This document shows positions 9,803 to 19,280 of a DNA stretch of 64,000 bases, one piece after another. Under the pieces are notes generated by a model. That model made no database searches. It was given only the letters and a program-made list of their open reading frames with translations, and was not told the origin of the DNA. Source of the DNA: Paenarthrobacter sp. (lineage in GTDB: Bacteria > Actinomycetota > Actinomycetes > Actinomycetales > Micrococcaceae); NCBI GenBank assembly GCA_031179305.1, contig JAPSHX010000006.1, forward strand, positions 36,914 through 100,913, given 5' to 3'. The position numbers were made by a program, and so were the translations under genes. Positions within the stretch are counted from its first letter, which is position 1. Every line of letters begins with the position of its first letter.

Positions 9803-10879
9803 ATGGGGCCGTTGGAATCAATTCAAGCGAGCACGAGGCAGAGTGAGACAGCCCGAAAGGGATTGCCTTCGAAGACCCAGCGGAAGCGGTCTAACCGGCA
9901 ACGAAAGCTGGAGTTGGCGATATTGCTGGTGCTGGTCGTCGCTCTGGCACTTTCGGCTACACCATGGCCCTCGGCCATGCTGATCCGAAGTGTTTTTGAG
10001 CGCGGGGCGCAGGCAACGATTGACGAAATGACACCGTACGTTCCTGATACACCGCTGCAAACGCAGCCGGGCATCGTGTACAAGCCCGGTTCCACCTTCG
10101 ATGTTTTCAGTCCCGCAGGCACTACTGCGCCACTTCCCACCGTGGTGTGGATTCATGGAGGCGCTTGGATTTCCGGTGCCCAGCGCGATGTGAATCCGTA
10201 TCTCCAGATCCTGGCGGCCGAGGGATACACCACCATTGGCATGAGTTATCCGATCGCCCCCGAGGCCACCTATCCCACGGCGGTGGGTGACATCAACGAA
10301 GCCCTTGCCTACATCAAGGCCCATGCCGCCGAGCTGAACGTGGACACCAGCCGCATTGTCCTGGCCGGCGACTCTGCCGGCGCGCAACTCGCGAGCCAGA
10401 TGACCACGCTCACCGTGAACCCCGAGTATGCCAATCTGATGGGAATCCAACCTGCGCTACAGAAGTCGGAGCTGGCGGCCACCATCCTGCATTGTGGTGT
10501 CTATGACCTTCGGGCCATGGCGGACCTTAGCGGAATCGTTGCCTGGGGTTTCAAGACGTCCTTGTGGGCGTATACGGGCACGAAGGATTGGTCTGCTACC
10601 TACGCTGGCGCGACCATGTCCACCATCGATTTCGTGACCGACGACTTCCCGCCGACGTTCATCAGCGGCGGCAATGGCGACGGGCTCACGTGGCTGCAGT
10701 CTGTTCCCTACAGCAATCGGCTGAAGGACGCCGGGGTCCCGGTGACGGAGCTCTTCTGGCCTGCTACGCACGAGCCTGAACTGCCGCATGAGTACCAGTT
10801 CCACTTGAATTTCGATGAGGCGCGCGAGGCTCGGGACAAGACCTTCGATTTCCTCTCCACTCACGCCGCGAGGCGGTAG
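9803..10879 (+). CDS. membrane-anchored alpha/beta hydrolase (HSL-type esterase)
   Basis: HGGAW oxyanion motif, GDSAG nucleophile, HEYQF; N-terminal TM segment. Confidence 0.9.
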   Translation: MGPLESIQASTRQSETARKGLPSKTQRKRSNRQRKLELAILLVLVVALALSATPWPSAMLIRSVFERGAQATIDEMTPYVPDTPLQTQPGIVYKPGSTFDVFSPAGTTAPLPTVVWIHGGAWISGAQRDVNPYLQILAAEGYTTIGMSYPIAPEATYPTAVGDINEALAYIKAHAAELNVDTSRIVLAGDSAGAQLASQMTTLTVNPEYANLMGIQPALQKSELAATILHCGVYDLRAMADLSGIVAWGFKTSLWAYTGTKDWSATYAGATMSTIDFVTDDFPPTFISGGNGDGLTWLQSVPYSNRLKDAGVPVTELFWPATHEPELPHEYQFHLNFDEAREARDKTFDFLSTHAARR

Positions 10880-10997
10880 CCAGCGCCCGGCAGAAGACAC
10901 AATTCAGGCCTTTCGGGAATACTTCGTAGCACGGCCCTGTTCATTGATTTAGATGCAAACGCATGTAAGCTGGATGAACGAGCAACAGGAGAACGCC

Positions 10998-11624
10998 ATG
11001 GAAACCCGCCGCATCACCGTACTTTCCGCCGGACTTGGTGTACCGTCGTCGAGCCGCTTGCTGGCCGACCAGCTGGCCGCCTCCACAGAGCGGCAACTGC
11101 GCGCGGCAGGGTACCAAGCGAAGATTGACGTCGTCGAACTGCGCGACCTGGCGGTGGACATCGCCAATAACTTCGTCACCGGCTATGCCGCACCGCGCCT
11201 GGCGGACGTGATTGCCGGCGTCGAGGATTCCGACGCCATCATCGCAGTCAGCCCCGTCTTCAGTGCCTCCTACAGTGGTCTGTTCAAGTCGTTTATCGAC
11301 GTCCTGGACCCGAAGTCGCTGGAAGGCAAAGCCGTGCTGCTGGGCGCTACGGGCGGCACCGACCGCCACCAAATGGTCCTCGACTACGCAATGCGGCCCC
11401 TGTTCAGCTACTTGCGGACCAGGATCGCGGCTACCGGCGTCTTCGCGGGGCCACAGGACTGGGGAAACGCCGACGACGGCGCCTCGCCGCTCTCGGTGCG
11501 CGTAGACCGGGCCGCAGGTGAACTCGTGCAGTTGTTGAGCAGGTCGCAGCCGCGCCGCAAGAACGACTCGCTCGAGTCGCTGCCGTTCGAACAGCTGCTC
11601 GCCGGTATCTCAGCAGGCAGATAG
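10998..11624 (+). CDS. NADPH-dependent FMN reductase
   Basis: SAGLGVPSSSRLL, SPVFSASYSGLFKSFID, ATGGTDRH. Confidence 0.9.
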   Translation: METRRITVLSAGLGVPSSSRLLADQLAASTERQLRAAGYQAKIDVVELRDLAVDIANNFVTGYAAPRLADVIAGVEDSDAIIAVSPVFSASYSGLFKSFIDVLDPKSLEGKAVLLGATGGTDRHQMVLDYAMRPLFSYLRTRIAATGVFAGPQDWGNADDGASPLSVRVDRAAGELVQLLSRSQPRRKNDSLESLPFEQLLAGISAGR

Positions 11625-11661
11625 GCCGAACTTATTCCACGGTCCGATCGTTGGGGCAAAC

Positions 11662-12030
11662 ATGAAATGTCCTGTGGATTCCATTGACCTGGTGATGAGC
11701 GAACGAAGCGGTGTGGAGATCGACTACTGCCCCCAGTGCAGGGGTGTGTGGCTGGATCGTGGGGAGTTGGACAAGATCATCGATCGCGTCGCGGCGGAAA
11801 CCATCCCAGCTCCGGTCCGGCCCGCCGCCGCGCCGTCCCAGCCTCCTATCGCGCCGCCGCCCATCTACAATCCCTTTGAGTCGCGGCCCCAGCAGCCGCG
11901 GTACGACGATAGGGACAGGCGCGACTACGACCGAAGGGACAACGACCGCCGTGACGGCTACGATCGCGACCAGTACAGCCGCAAGCGCAAGAAGAAGGAA
12001 GGGTTCCTGGGCGACTTGTTCGACTTCTAG
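11662..12030 (+). CDS. zf-TFIIB zinc-ribbon domain protein
   Basis: MKCPVD...EIDYCPQCRGVWLDRGELDKI; Pro-rich linker; RD-rich tail ending FLGDLFDF. Confidence 0.88.
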   Translation: MKCPVDSIDLVMSERSGVEIDYCPQCRGVWLDRGELDKIIDRVAAETIPAPVRPAAAPSQPPIAPPPIYNPFESRPQQPRYDDRDRRDYDRRDNDRRDGYDRDQYSRKRKKKEGFLGDLFDF

Positions 12031-12036
12031 TCGCGT

Positions 12037-12612
12037 TTAGTCGTCCAAGAGTTCGATGAACTCACGGGCCTGCTTAATGTTGATGTCTGAGTGGCGCGTC
12101 AAGGCAAGTGCCGCGCCCTCCACGTCACCGCTCTTTGCCAGCGTGCGGATTCGTCCGTAGATCTCGTCGTTGAGCATGTTGCTGCTCACTTCCCGGGTGA
12201 CTTCGCCCTTGCTGACGATTGCCCTGTACCGGTAGGGGAAGCGTTCGGGCTCATCGTCGTCGTCGGCCAGTAAGTCTTTGGGCGGAGCCTCCGGCGTGAA
12301 CGGCTGAGGGTGCGCCGCCAGGGCGCCGACGGCGTTACGCGAGGCCCGCAGGCCCTCACCAGTAGCCTGCAGGTAGAGCTTGATGGCCGCCATGCCCTGC
12401 CCCTGCGCGATGAGCGAGTAGAGCTGTCGGTGCTGTTCCTGATTGAGTTTGGCCGCAGACTCCTTGGCCAACTCCACTGGGTCCTTGGGAGCATTCGCCG
12501 CTGCGATGCTTGCCTTGCTTTCAGCCGAGCGCTTGGTGAACGAGCGAATAAGCAGGAGCACGCCCGCAATGACCACAATGAGGATCAATAGCGGGATGAG
12601 GATGGAATCCAT
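12037..12612 (-). CDS. membrane-anchored hypothetical protein with L7/L12-CTD-like motif
   Basis: N-terminal TM helix; GQGMAAIKLYLQATGEGLRASRNAV motif. Confidence 0.65.
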   Translation of the reverse strand: MDSILIPLLILIVVIAGVLLLIRSFTKRSAESKASIAAANAPKDPVELAKESAAKLNQEQHRQLYSLIAQGQGMAAIKLYLQATGEGLRASRNAVGALAAHPQPFTPEAPPKDLLADDDDEPERFPYRYRAIVSKGEVTREVSSNMLNDEIYGRIRTLAKSGDVEGAALALTRHSDINIKQAREFIELLDD

Positions 12613-12619
12613 GGCGTTG

Positions 12620-13099
12620 TCAGAGCCGATCTACGTAGTTCTTGGCAGTAAGCAAATCTGAGTGGGTGGCCTGGCGCAGGACTTTGATGGCCTCGATCTT
12701 CTTCCCGCTCCGGACCAGGTTTTGTAGCTCGAAGGCAAGTTGCGGGTTCAGCTGGCCATTGGGCAGGACGGCAGGTTGACGACCCGTTTGGCCGGCTGCG
12801 TGGGACCGCGCCGCCTGCGCCTGGATGGCCGTCCTGGTGTTCTCTGCCTGCTCCCTCTGACTGGCCTCGTTTTGGCTCGGCTTGGTGGTGGCTTCAATCC
12901 GTGCACGGAGGGCCAGCGCTTCCTGTACTTGGGACGCTTGGTGCGCAGCGGAACGCGCCGCTAGTTCACGCTGATACCTCTCGGCGTCCGAGACGCCCGT
13001 GTCCCGCGGTTTGAAGGCCGCGGTGAGTGCCCACAGCAGGCCCACGAGGACAAGAAGCGGAAGGACAATCGTCAGTACGTCACCAAAGTTCATCCCCAT
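12620..13099 (-). CDS. membrane-anchored hypothetical protein with L7/L12-CTD-like motif
   Basis: N-terminal TM helix; C-terminal GKKIEAIKVLRQATHSDLLTAKNYVDRL. Confidence 0.65.
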   Translation of the reverse strand: MGMNFGDVLTIVLPLLVLVGLLWALTAAFKPRDTGVSDAERYQRELAARSAAHQASQVQEALALRARIEATTKPSQNEASQREQAENTRTAIQAQAARSHAAGQTGRQPAVLPNGQLNPQLAFELQNLVRSGKKIEAIKVLRQATHSDLLTAKNYVDRL

Positions 13100-13124
13100 G
13101 CTTAGAGCTTATGCCAGAAGTTGG

Positions 13125-13561
13125 TTATCCACAGCACATTCCACTTTCGGCATAGGCTTCTGAGAGAGATGTGTCAAATTAACGTCCGCTTTGTAAGATG
13201 CATCACAATTTCGGCATGTTTAGCATGATTTTGCTTGTGCGGGTGGCCTGGCGGCATGCGACCTCTGTGGATTAGTTCCGCCCAAATCTTTCTTGGGTCC
13301 ACAGCTTGTGAAGAGTGTTTCCGCAGGTCGGAGGCTATTTTCCCCTAAAAGAATTTCTCTATCCACAGGGTAACGCACAGTCTGTGCACAACGTGGGGCT
13401 TGTATTCCACAGGTTTTCCACAGGGGGTATGCGACGTCTGCTGTAACGTGTCTGAAGTGTCCAATTTGGGCATGAATATCCCGTGCCGGGTTTCTCGGAC
13501 TCCCGAAAAGTCACTACTTGTGACGGGTCTCCGGAACCGACTGTGGATAACTTGTGGATAC
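13125..13561. promoter_or_regulatory. DnaA-box cluster upstream of dnaB
   Basis: TTATCCACA 13125; TGTGGATTA 13266; CTATCCACA 13359; TGTGCACAA 13383; TATTCCACA 13403; TTTTCCACA 13414; TGTGGATAA 13542; TGTGGATAC 13553. Confidence 0.85.
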
Positions 13562-13680
13562 GGCTATTCTGTCGGACCTGCCTGACATCGTGGGATGCAT
13601 CAGGCGGACCCTGTAGCCACACTGCGCTTTAAGGACCGCCAGGAAGTAAACCTGCAGCGGTACACAAATGGAGGACGGCT

Positions 13681-15066
13681 TTGTCAGTTACGCACTTGGA
13701 CTCAATCGAGGGCTCACGCGCTTCGGACTCGAGCCGGAAACCTCCACAGGACATCCCCGCTGAACAGTCGGTGCTCGGCGGCATGATGCTCTCCAAAGAC
13801 GCCATCGCCGACGTAGTCGAAATCGTCCGCGGGCACGACTTTTATCGTCCAGCACACGAGACCATCTACGAGTCCATCATCGATCTCTACGGCCGGGGCG
13901 AACCCGCCGACGCCGTCACAGTCTCAGATGAACTGACCAAACGCGGTGAGATCAACCGGATCGGCGGTCCTGCCTACCTCCACGAGCTCATCCAAACGGT
14001 CCCCACAGCGGCCAATGCCGGCTACTATGCCGAGATCGTTGCTGAACGCGCAGTGCTGCGCCGCCTGGTTAACGCCGGCACCAAGATCGTCCAGATGGGC
14101 TACGGCCAGGACGGCGAAGTGGAAGACCTGGTCAACCAGGCCCAGGCCGAGGTGTACGCGGTAGCTGAGAAGCGTACTGCGGAGGACTACGTGGCGTTGA
14201 AGGACGTCATGGAATCCACCGTGGATGAAATTGAAGCGTCTGGTCACCGCGGCGAAGGCATGACGGGCGTTCCTACCGGCTTCTACGAGCTGGACGAGTT
14301 GACGCACGGACTTCACCCCGGCCAGATGATTGTTATCGCTGCCCGTCCTGCCGTGGGTAAGTCCACGTTCGCGCTGGACTTTGCCCGCTCCGCGGCCATC
14401 AAGAACAACCTGGCCACAGTCATGTTCTCCCTGGAAATGGGCCGGAACGAGATCGCCATGCGTCTTCTCTCCGCAGAAGCGACCATCGGTCTGCAGGATC
14501 TGCGCAAGGGCACCATCAAGGACGAGCAATGGTCCAAGATCGCCACCACCATGGGCCGCATGAACGACGCTCCGCTGTTTATTGACGACAGCCCCAACAT
14601 GTCCCTCATGGAAATCCGCGCCAAATGCCGCCGCTTGAAGCAGCAGCACGACCTCAAACTCGTGATCCTCGACTACCTCCAGCTCATGAGCTCCGGTAAG
14701 AAAGTTGAGTCCCGCCAGCAGGAAGTCTCCGAGTTCTCCCGTGCCCTGAAGCTGCTTGCCAAGGAGCTGCAGGTTCCCGTCATCGCACTGTCACAGCTGA
14801 ACCGTGGTTCCGAGCAGCGCCAGGACAAGCGCCCCATGGTGTCCGACCTCCGTGAATCAGGCTCCATCGAGCAGGACGCCGACATGGTCATCCTGCTCCA
14901 CCGTGAGGATGTCTACGACAAAGAATCGCCCCGCGCCGGTGAGGCAGACATTCTGATCGCCAAGCACCGTAACGGTCCCACCAAGGACATTGTGGTTGCC
15001 TTCCAAGGTCACTACTCTCGCTTTGCCAACATGGCGGGCGAAACAGGTGCCGGTGGCGGCTTCTAA
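13681..15066 (+). CDS. dnaB: replicative DNA helicase
   Basis: AEQSVLGG, Walker A ARPAVGKS, DYLQLM, SQLNR, DLRESGSIEQDAD, KHRNGP; no intein. Confidence 0.98.
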   Translation: MSVTHLDSIEGSRASDSSRKPPQDIPAEQSVLGGMMLSKDAIADVVEIVRGHDFYRPAHETIYESIIDLYGRGEPADAVTVSDELTKRGEINRIGGPAYLHELIQTVPTAANAGYYAEIVAERAVLRRLVNAGTKIVQMGYGQDGEVEDLVNQAQAEVYAVAEKRTAEDYVALKDVMESTVDEIEASGHRGEGMTGVPTGFYELDELTHGLHPGQMIVIAARPAVGKSTFALDFARSAAIKNNLATVMFSLEMGRNEIAMRLLSAEATIGLQDLRKGTIKDEQWSKIATTMGRMNDAPLFIDDSPNMSLMEIRAKCRRLKQQHDLKLVILDYLQLMSSGKKVESRQQEVSEFSRALKLLAKELQVPVIALSQLNRGSEQRQDKRPMVSDLRESGSIEQDADMVILLHREDVYDKESPRAGEADILIAKHRNGPTKDIVVAFQGHYSRFANMAGETGAGGGF

Positions 15067-15095
15067 CTGCTCCAGAACGGCCCTGCGTTCTACCT

Positions 15096-15653
15096 TTATG
15101 GGGCGGCCAGAGCCAAGGCCGCCGTCAGGTCCTCGTAAGTCTCCTCGATGTGACCTCTTCGGCTGGTAATTGTGGTGGCCATTGGACGGGAATCAAGGCC
15201 GATGGCGAGGTGCTCATACATCGACTCCAACAACTGTGAACCTCCACCTTGTTCCACAATGGCGGTTACGCGGGCGTGCCAGGGGTCCTGGCTGTCCTTG
15301 CGTGAGTAGAACCTCTCAACAGATGCCTCGCGGCTGTCCATCAGAACGATTTCCCTGAAGCCTGCGCCGGCCTCTTCTGCAGCATTGCGGAACAACAAGA
15401 CTTCATCCCCGGAGTCGAGATACTGCGGCATGATCACTGTATGCCCAGCCATCAGGTGCGTGGCGGCCATGCTGAGCGCAATCGGACGCACCAGGTTCCC
15501 GGCGGCCTGGAAGTCCTCCTCCCAACCTCCGATCAAGCAGCGAACCTTATCGACATCCAGGTTGAGGACACCGGGATGGCCATCCGCGTACATTCCGGCG
15601 AGGGTCGATTTTCCAATTCCGGGCGGGCCGTTGAGCAGGATCAGTTCAGCCAT
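15096..15653 (-). CDS. P-loop kinase / AAA_33-like protein
   Basis: LILLNGPPGIGKSTLA Walker A. Confidence 0.8.
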   Translation of the reverse strand: MAELILLNGPPGIGKSTLAGMYADGHPGVLNLDVDKVRCLIGGWEEDFQAAGNLVRPIALSMAATHLMAGHTVIMPQYLDSGDEVLLFRNAAEEAGAGFREIVLMDSREASVERFYSRKDSQDPWHARVTAIVEQGGGSQLLESMYEHLAIGLDSRPMATTITSRRGHIEETYEDLTAALALAAP

Positions 15654-15759
15654 CGAGTGTCCGGTCGCTTGAAGCACGTGGTGGGAGACATGCCTGACAC
15701 TCTAGGCCAACCCGAGGGCTGGGCGTTCGATTTCGACTGGCTGGTACGGCTGGGCTGGC

Positions 15760-16140
15760 TCAGCCGAACAACAAGTAGAAGATCACGGCAAGGCCAGGGA
15801 AGAGTGCCTGCCCTATAGCGCTCAACAGCAGGCGCTTTTCCGTGACCCACAGCCAGAAACCCAGAAAAACATGGCTCAGACAGCAAAAAAGGACGATAGC
15901 TGCCCCACCCGCCGGGTTGCCGGAGTTCACCATCCACAATCCCACGGCCATGCCAACCCCGAAGGTTACGTTGTAGGCGCCAACGTTCATTGCCCACATG
16001 CGAACGGCACGAACATCATCAGGTTCGATCAGAAAAATCCGGTGCAAACGCTGATCACCGTGCCGGAAGATCTCCATCAGGCCGACGCTGATCAGTGCCA
16101 GCGCAGTAGCGCCGGCCAGAACCTGACTCAGTAGATTCAT
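15760..16140 (-). CDS. DUF1304 family membrane protein
   Basis: Four hydrophobic segments; ME...NVGAYN motif. Confidence 0.75.
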   Translation of the reverse strand: MNLLSQVLAGATALALISVGLMEIFRHGDQRLHRIFLIEPDDVRAVRMWAMNVGAYNVTFGVGMAVGLWMVNSGNPAGGAAIVLFCCLSHVFLGFWLWVTEKRLLLSAIGQALFPGLAVIFYLLFG

Positions 16141-16226
16141 GAGCGCGTCCTCCAGACGGAAGCCAAGACACCCAATTGCCTGTTCGTGGAGAATACGCCG
16201 CCGACGCAACGCCCTTCAAGAGGTTC

Positions 16227-16685
16227 TCAGCAGCCCTCAAAGTCGCTGAGCACCTTCACCTTCGACGCTGATCTGGACGCGGGATCGAATGTGTAGCCGA
16301 TCCACTCCCTGGCCAGGCGACGGGCCAACTCCACGCCCACAACGCGCTGTCCCATGGTGAGGACCTGGCAGTCGTTGGACAGGATTGAGCGTTCCACGGA
16401 GAACGAATCGTGTGCTGCTGTGGCCCTGATCCCGGGGACCTTGTTGGCCGCGATGGCCACGCCGATCCCTGTGCCGCAGAAAAGGATGGCACGCTCGGCT
16501 TTGCCCTCGCGGATCATTTCGCCTGCCGCGATGCCAACGTAGGGGTACGGCCTGGTGAAGTCTTCATCAGCACGGTTCACGCCGATATCTATGACCTCCG
16601 TGATGCGGGAGTCAGCCTCAAGGTCGGCCAAGATTCGGTTCTTGTAGTCGACGCCGGCTTCATCGGCACCCACAATGATGCGCAT
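16227..16685 (-). CDS. RpiB/LacA/LacB family sugar-phosphate isomerase
   Basis: CGTGIGVAIAANKVPGIRA and SNDCQVLTMGQRVVG. Confidence 0.92.
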   Translation of the reverse strand: MRIIVGADEAGVDYKNRILADLEADSRITEVIDIGVNRADEDFTRPYPYVGIAAGEMIREGKAERAILFCGTGIGVAIAANKVPGIRATAAHDSFSVERSILSNDCQVLTMGQRVVGVELARRLAREWIGYTFDPASRSASKVKVLSDFEGC

Positions 16686-16695
16686 GGAAATTCTC

Positions 16696-18438
16696 CTAAT
16701 TGCTTGCTGCGGCGGGAACGGGAATTGCGGTGAAGTGAGGCCCGACGGCGGCAAACACCATGGCGAGCGACGTCGCGCCGGGATCCGGCGTGCCTATGCT
16801 CTTCTCGGCCAACGGCCTGGCGCGTCCCTTGAGGGGACGAAGACCTGCGGTAGACGCAGCCGCCTCGGTAGCGTCCGATGCAGCGGCTGCCCACGCGTCC
16901 TCGGCAGCAGCGCCCGGCAGGACGCGGTCTTCAAATGAGGATGCAAAGGGCAGCAGCGCATCCATCATGGTTTTGTCGCCGATCTCGGCTTTTCCAAGGT
17001 TCGAGATCCGGTCCGCGAAGGCTCGAACAGACTGGGCGAGGACATCCGGCGTCGGGGTCTCTGCATCTCCCAACCGCTCGCCAAAGGCGCGCAGTCCCGC
17101 GCCCCACAGCACGCCGGACGTTCCGCCCGCCTTGTCTGCCCACGCGTCCCCGGCAGCTGCGAGCAGCGAGCCGGCACCCGCGCCGCGTTCGAACGCAACG
17201 GTAGCGGCGTCGAGGGCTGCCGCGGATCCACGAACCATGCCGCGGCCGTGGTCGCCGTCGCCGGCAATCGCATCCATGTCGCCCAGCATTGCTTCGCAAT
17301 CGCGAAGGAGCGCCGCCGTCGTGTCCAGAGCTTGAAGGCACTGTGAGGCATAAGCTCGGGACTCTTCTGTGGAGGAGTAGTTGGCAGCGGTAACGGCGTC
17401 CAGCTCAGCTTCAGACGCGTGAGAAGCAGCGACGTCGAACCCGGCAGCACCACGGCGGTAGGCCGGCGTCAGCGCCGGCGCGGTCCAGTACTGTTCCAAC
17501 TCGTCATCCAACCACGTCAGCGTCAGCGATGCGCCGGCCATGTCCAGGCTGGTCACCAACTCACCCACCTCCGGCATCACCAAGGCATAGCCTGCTTCGC
17601 GGAGCAGCGGAGCCACGGTGCGCCAGAGGACGAACAGTTCTTCGTGCTTCGTGGAACCCAGACCGTTGAGGATCACGGCGAGACGGGTGGAGGCGCCCAC
17701 TGGCGTTTCGGCGAGCACGCGGCGCACCAGTTCCTGCCCAAGCTCGACGGCGGACGGCAGCTCGGTATCGAACAGTCCCGGTTCGCCGTGGATACCAAGG
17801 CCCAGGCCCATCTGTCCCTCCGGAAGGCGGAACAAGGGCTGATCGGCGCCGGGGAAGGTGCAGCCGCTGAAGGCTGTGCCAATGGTCCGCGTAAACTCAT
17901 TCGCCTTGCGCCCCAAGCGAACCACGGAGTCCAGGTCCAGTCCGGCTTCGGCCGCTCCTCCCATGACCTTGAACACCACAAAGTCACCGGCAATGCCGCG
18001 GCGCTTCTCGATCTCATCGAGGGAGGCGCTGGCGATATCGTCCGTGACAAGCACGTTCTCCGTGGCGATTCCCTCGGCATTCAGTCGCTCACTGGCCAAG
18101 CCGAAGTTCATGACGTCCCCGGCGTAGTTGCCGTAGGTGAACACAACGCCGGCTCCGGAATTGGCAGCCTTGGCCACGGAATAGCCCTGCTGCGAGGAAG
18201 GTGACGTGAAGATATTGCCCACCACGGCACCGTCAGCGAAGCCCGGCCCGATGATGCCGGCGAAGGCCGGGTAGTGCCCGGAGCCGCCACCGGCGATGAC
18301 GGCGACTTTCGGCGTTGCCGGGCGGCTGCGGCGGACAGCGCCTCCTTCAACCTGGCGGACGAGGTCCGAGTGGGCGTCACAGAAACCGGCGAGGGCTTCG
18401 TCCGCGAAGTCGGCGGGATCGTTGAAGATTCTTGTCAT
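16696..18438 (-). CDS. dihydroxyacetone-kinase family (DAK1+DAK2) tetrulose/triose kinase
   Basis: GGGSGHYPAF, NYAGD, GLGIHGEPG, GDGDHG, GDKTMMDAL, DPGATS. Confidence 0.92.
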   Translation of the reverse strand: MTRIFNDPADFADEALAGFCDAHSDLVRQVEGGAVRRSRPATPKVAVIAGGGSGHYPAFAGIIGPGFADGAVVGNIFTSPSSQQGYSVAKAANSGAGVVFTYGNYAGDVMNFGLASERLNAEGIATENVLVTDDIASASLDEIEKRRGIAGDFVVFKVMGGAAEAGLDLDSVVRLGRKANEFTRTIGTAFSGCTFPGADQPLFRLPEGQMGLGLGIHGEPGLFDTELPSAVELGQELVRRVLAETPVGASTRLAVILNGLGSTKHEELFVLWRTVAPLLREAGYALVMPEVGELVTSLDMAGASLTLTWLDDELEQYWTAPALTPAYRRGAAGFDVAASHASEAELDAVTAANYSSTEESRAYASQCLQALDTTAALLRDCEAMLGDMDAIAGDGDHGRGMVRGSAAALDAATVAFERGAGAGSLLAAAGDAWADKAGGTSGVLWGAGLRAFGERLGDAETPTPDVLAQSVRAFADRISNLGKAEIGDKTMMDALLPFASSFEDRVLPGAAAEDAWAAAASDATEAAASTAGLRPLKGRARPLAEKSIGTPDPGATSLAMVFAAVGPHFTAIPVPAAASN

Positions 18439-18477
18439 GGTGGGTCCTGGTTGTGGATTTCGGACTGGGGGAGGGAC

Positions 18478-19251
18478 TTAGTGGATGTGGCTGCCGCCAT
18501 TGATGTCGATGGTGGTACCGGTGAGGTACGCGGAGTCCTCGGAGGAGAGGAACGTGATGACGGCGGCTACTTCCTCCGTGGTGGCGTTGCGGCCCAAGGG
18601 GATGCCGGCGTTGATGGCGGCTTCCTGCTCTTCAGTGCTGCCAACGCGGATGTTGGTGTCCACGGCGCCGGGCGTGATGGCGTTGACGGTCACGCCGGTT
18701 TCGCCGATTTCGCGGGCGAGTGCCTTGGTGAAGCCGAGGATGGCGGCTTTGGCTGCGGAGTAGGGAACCTTGCCGAATACGCCGCCGCCGCGTTGCGCGG
18801 AGACCGAGGACATGTTGACGATGCGGCCCCAGCCGTTGGCGATCATGTCAGGCAGGAACGCCTTGGTGACGAGATAGGTGCCAGTGGCGTTGACGTCCAT
18901 GACCTTGTGCCACAGCTCAAGCGTGGTTTCCAGGAAAGGAACGGGGGAGGTGATACCTGCGATGTTGGCCAGGGCGCCCACGGGCGGGAGGTTTCCGGCG
19001 GCAACTTCTGCGGCGACTGCGGCCTGGGCTGCGGTGACGGAGGCTTCGTTGGCGACGTCGATCTCATAGCCGAAGGCCGGAACGTTGAATTCGTTGGCGA
19101 TCTCGGCGGCAACCTTGGCGGACTTCTCGCCGTCGAGGTCCAGGATGACGATGCCCCAGCCCTGGTTGGCGTAGCGGCGGGCGGTGGTCAGGCCGATGCC
19201 GCGATCTGAGGTAGCTCCGGTGAGGACGGCGGTGCGCTGGATGGTGGTCAT
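18478..19251 (-). CDS. SDR family oxidoreductase
   Basis: TGATSDRGIG, YSAAK, NAITPG. Confidence 0.9.
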   Translation of the reverse strand: MTTIQRTAVLTGATSDRGIGLTTARRYANQGWGIVILDLDGEKSAKVAAEIANEFNVPAFGYEIDVANEASVTAAQAAVAAEVAAGNLPPVGALANIAGITSPVPFLETTLELWHKVMDVNATGTYLVTKAFLPDMIANGWGRIVNMSSVSAQRGGGVFGKVPYSAAKAAILGFTKALAREIGETGVTVNAITPGAVDTNIRVGSTEEQEAAINAGIPLGRNATTEEVAAVITFLSSEDSAYLTGTTIDINGGSHIH

Positions 19252-19280
19252 GGTGCTCCTTGAATATGAGGTAACGAGGT

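Noticed and set aside
13100-13680. Chromosomal oriC
   Set aside because: dnaA and dnaN are not in the window and no clear DUE was identified, so it is reported only as a DnaA-box cluster. The small ORFs called here are likely spurious.
13681-15066. Intein in DnaB
   Set aside because: The protein is 461 aa with contiguous helicase motifs and no insertion.
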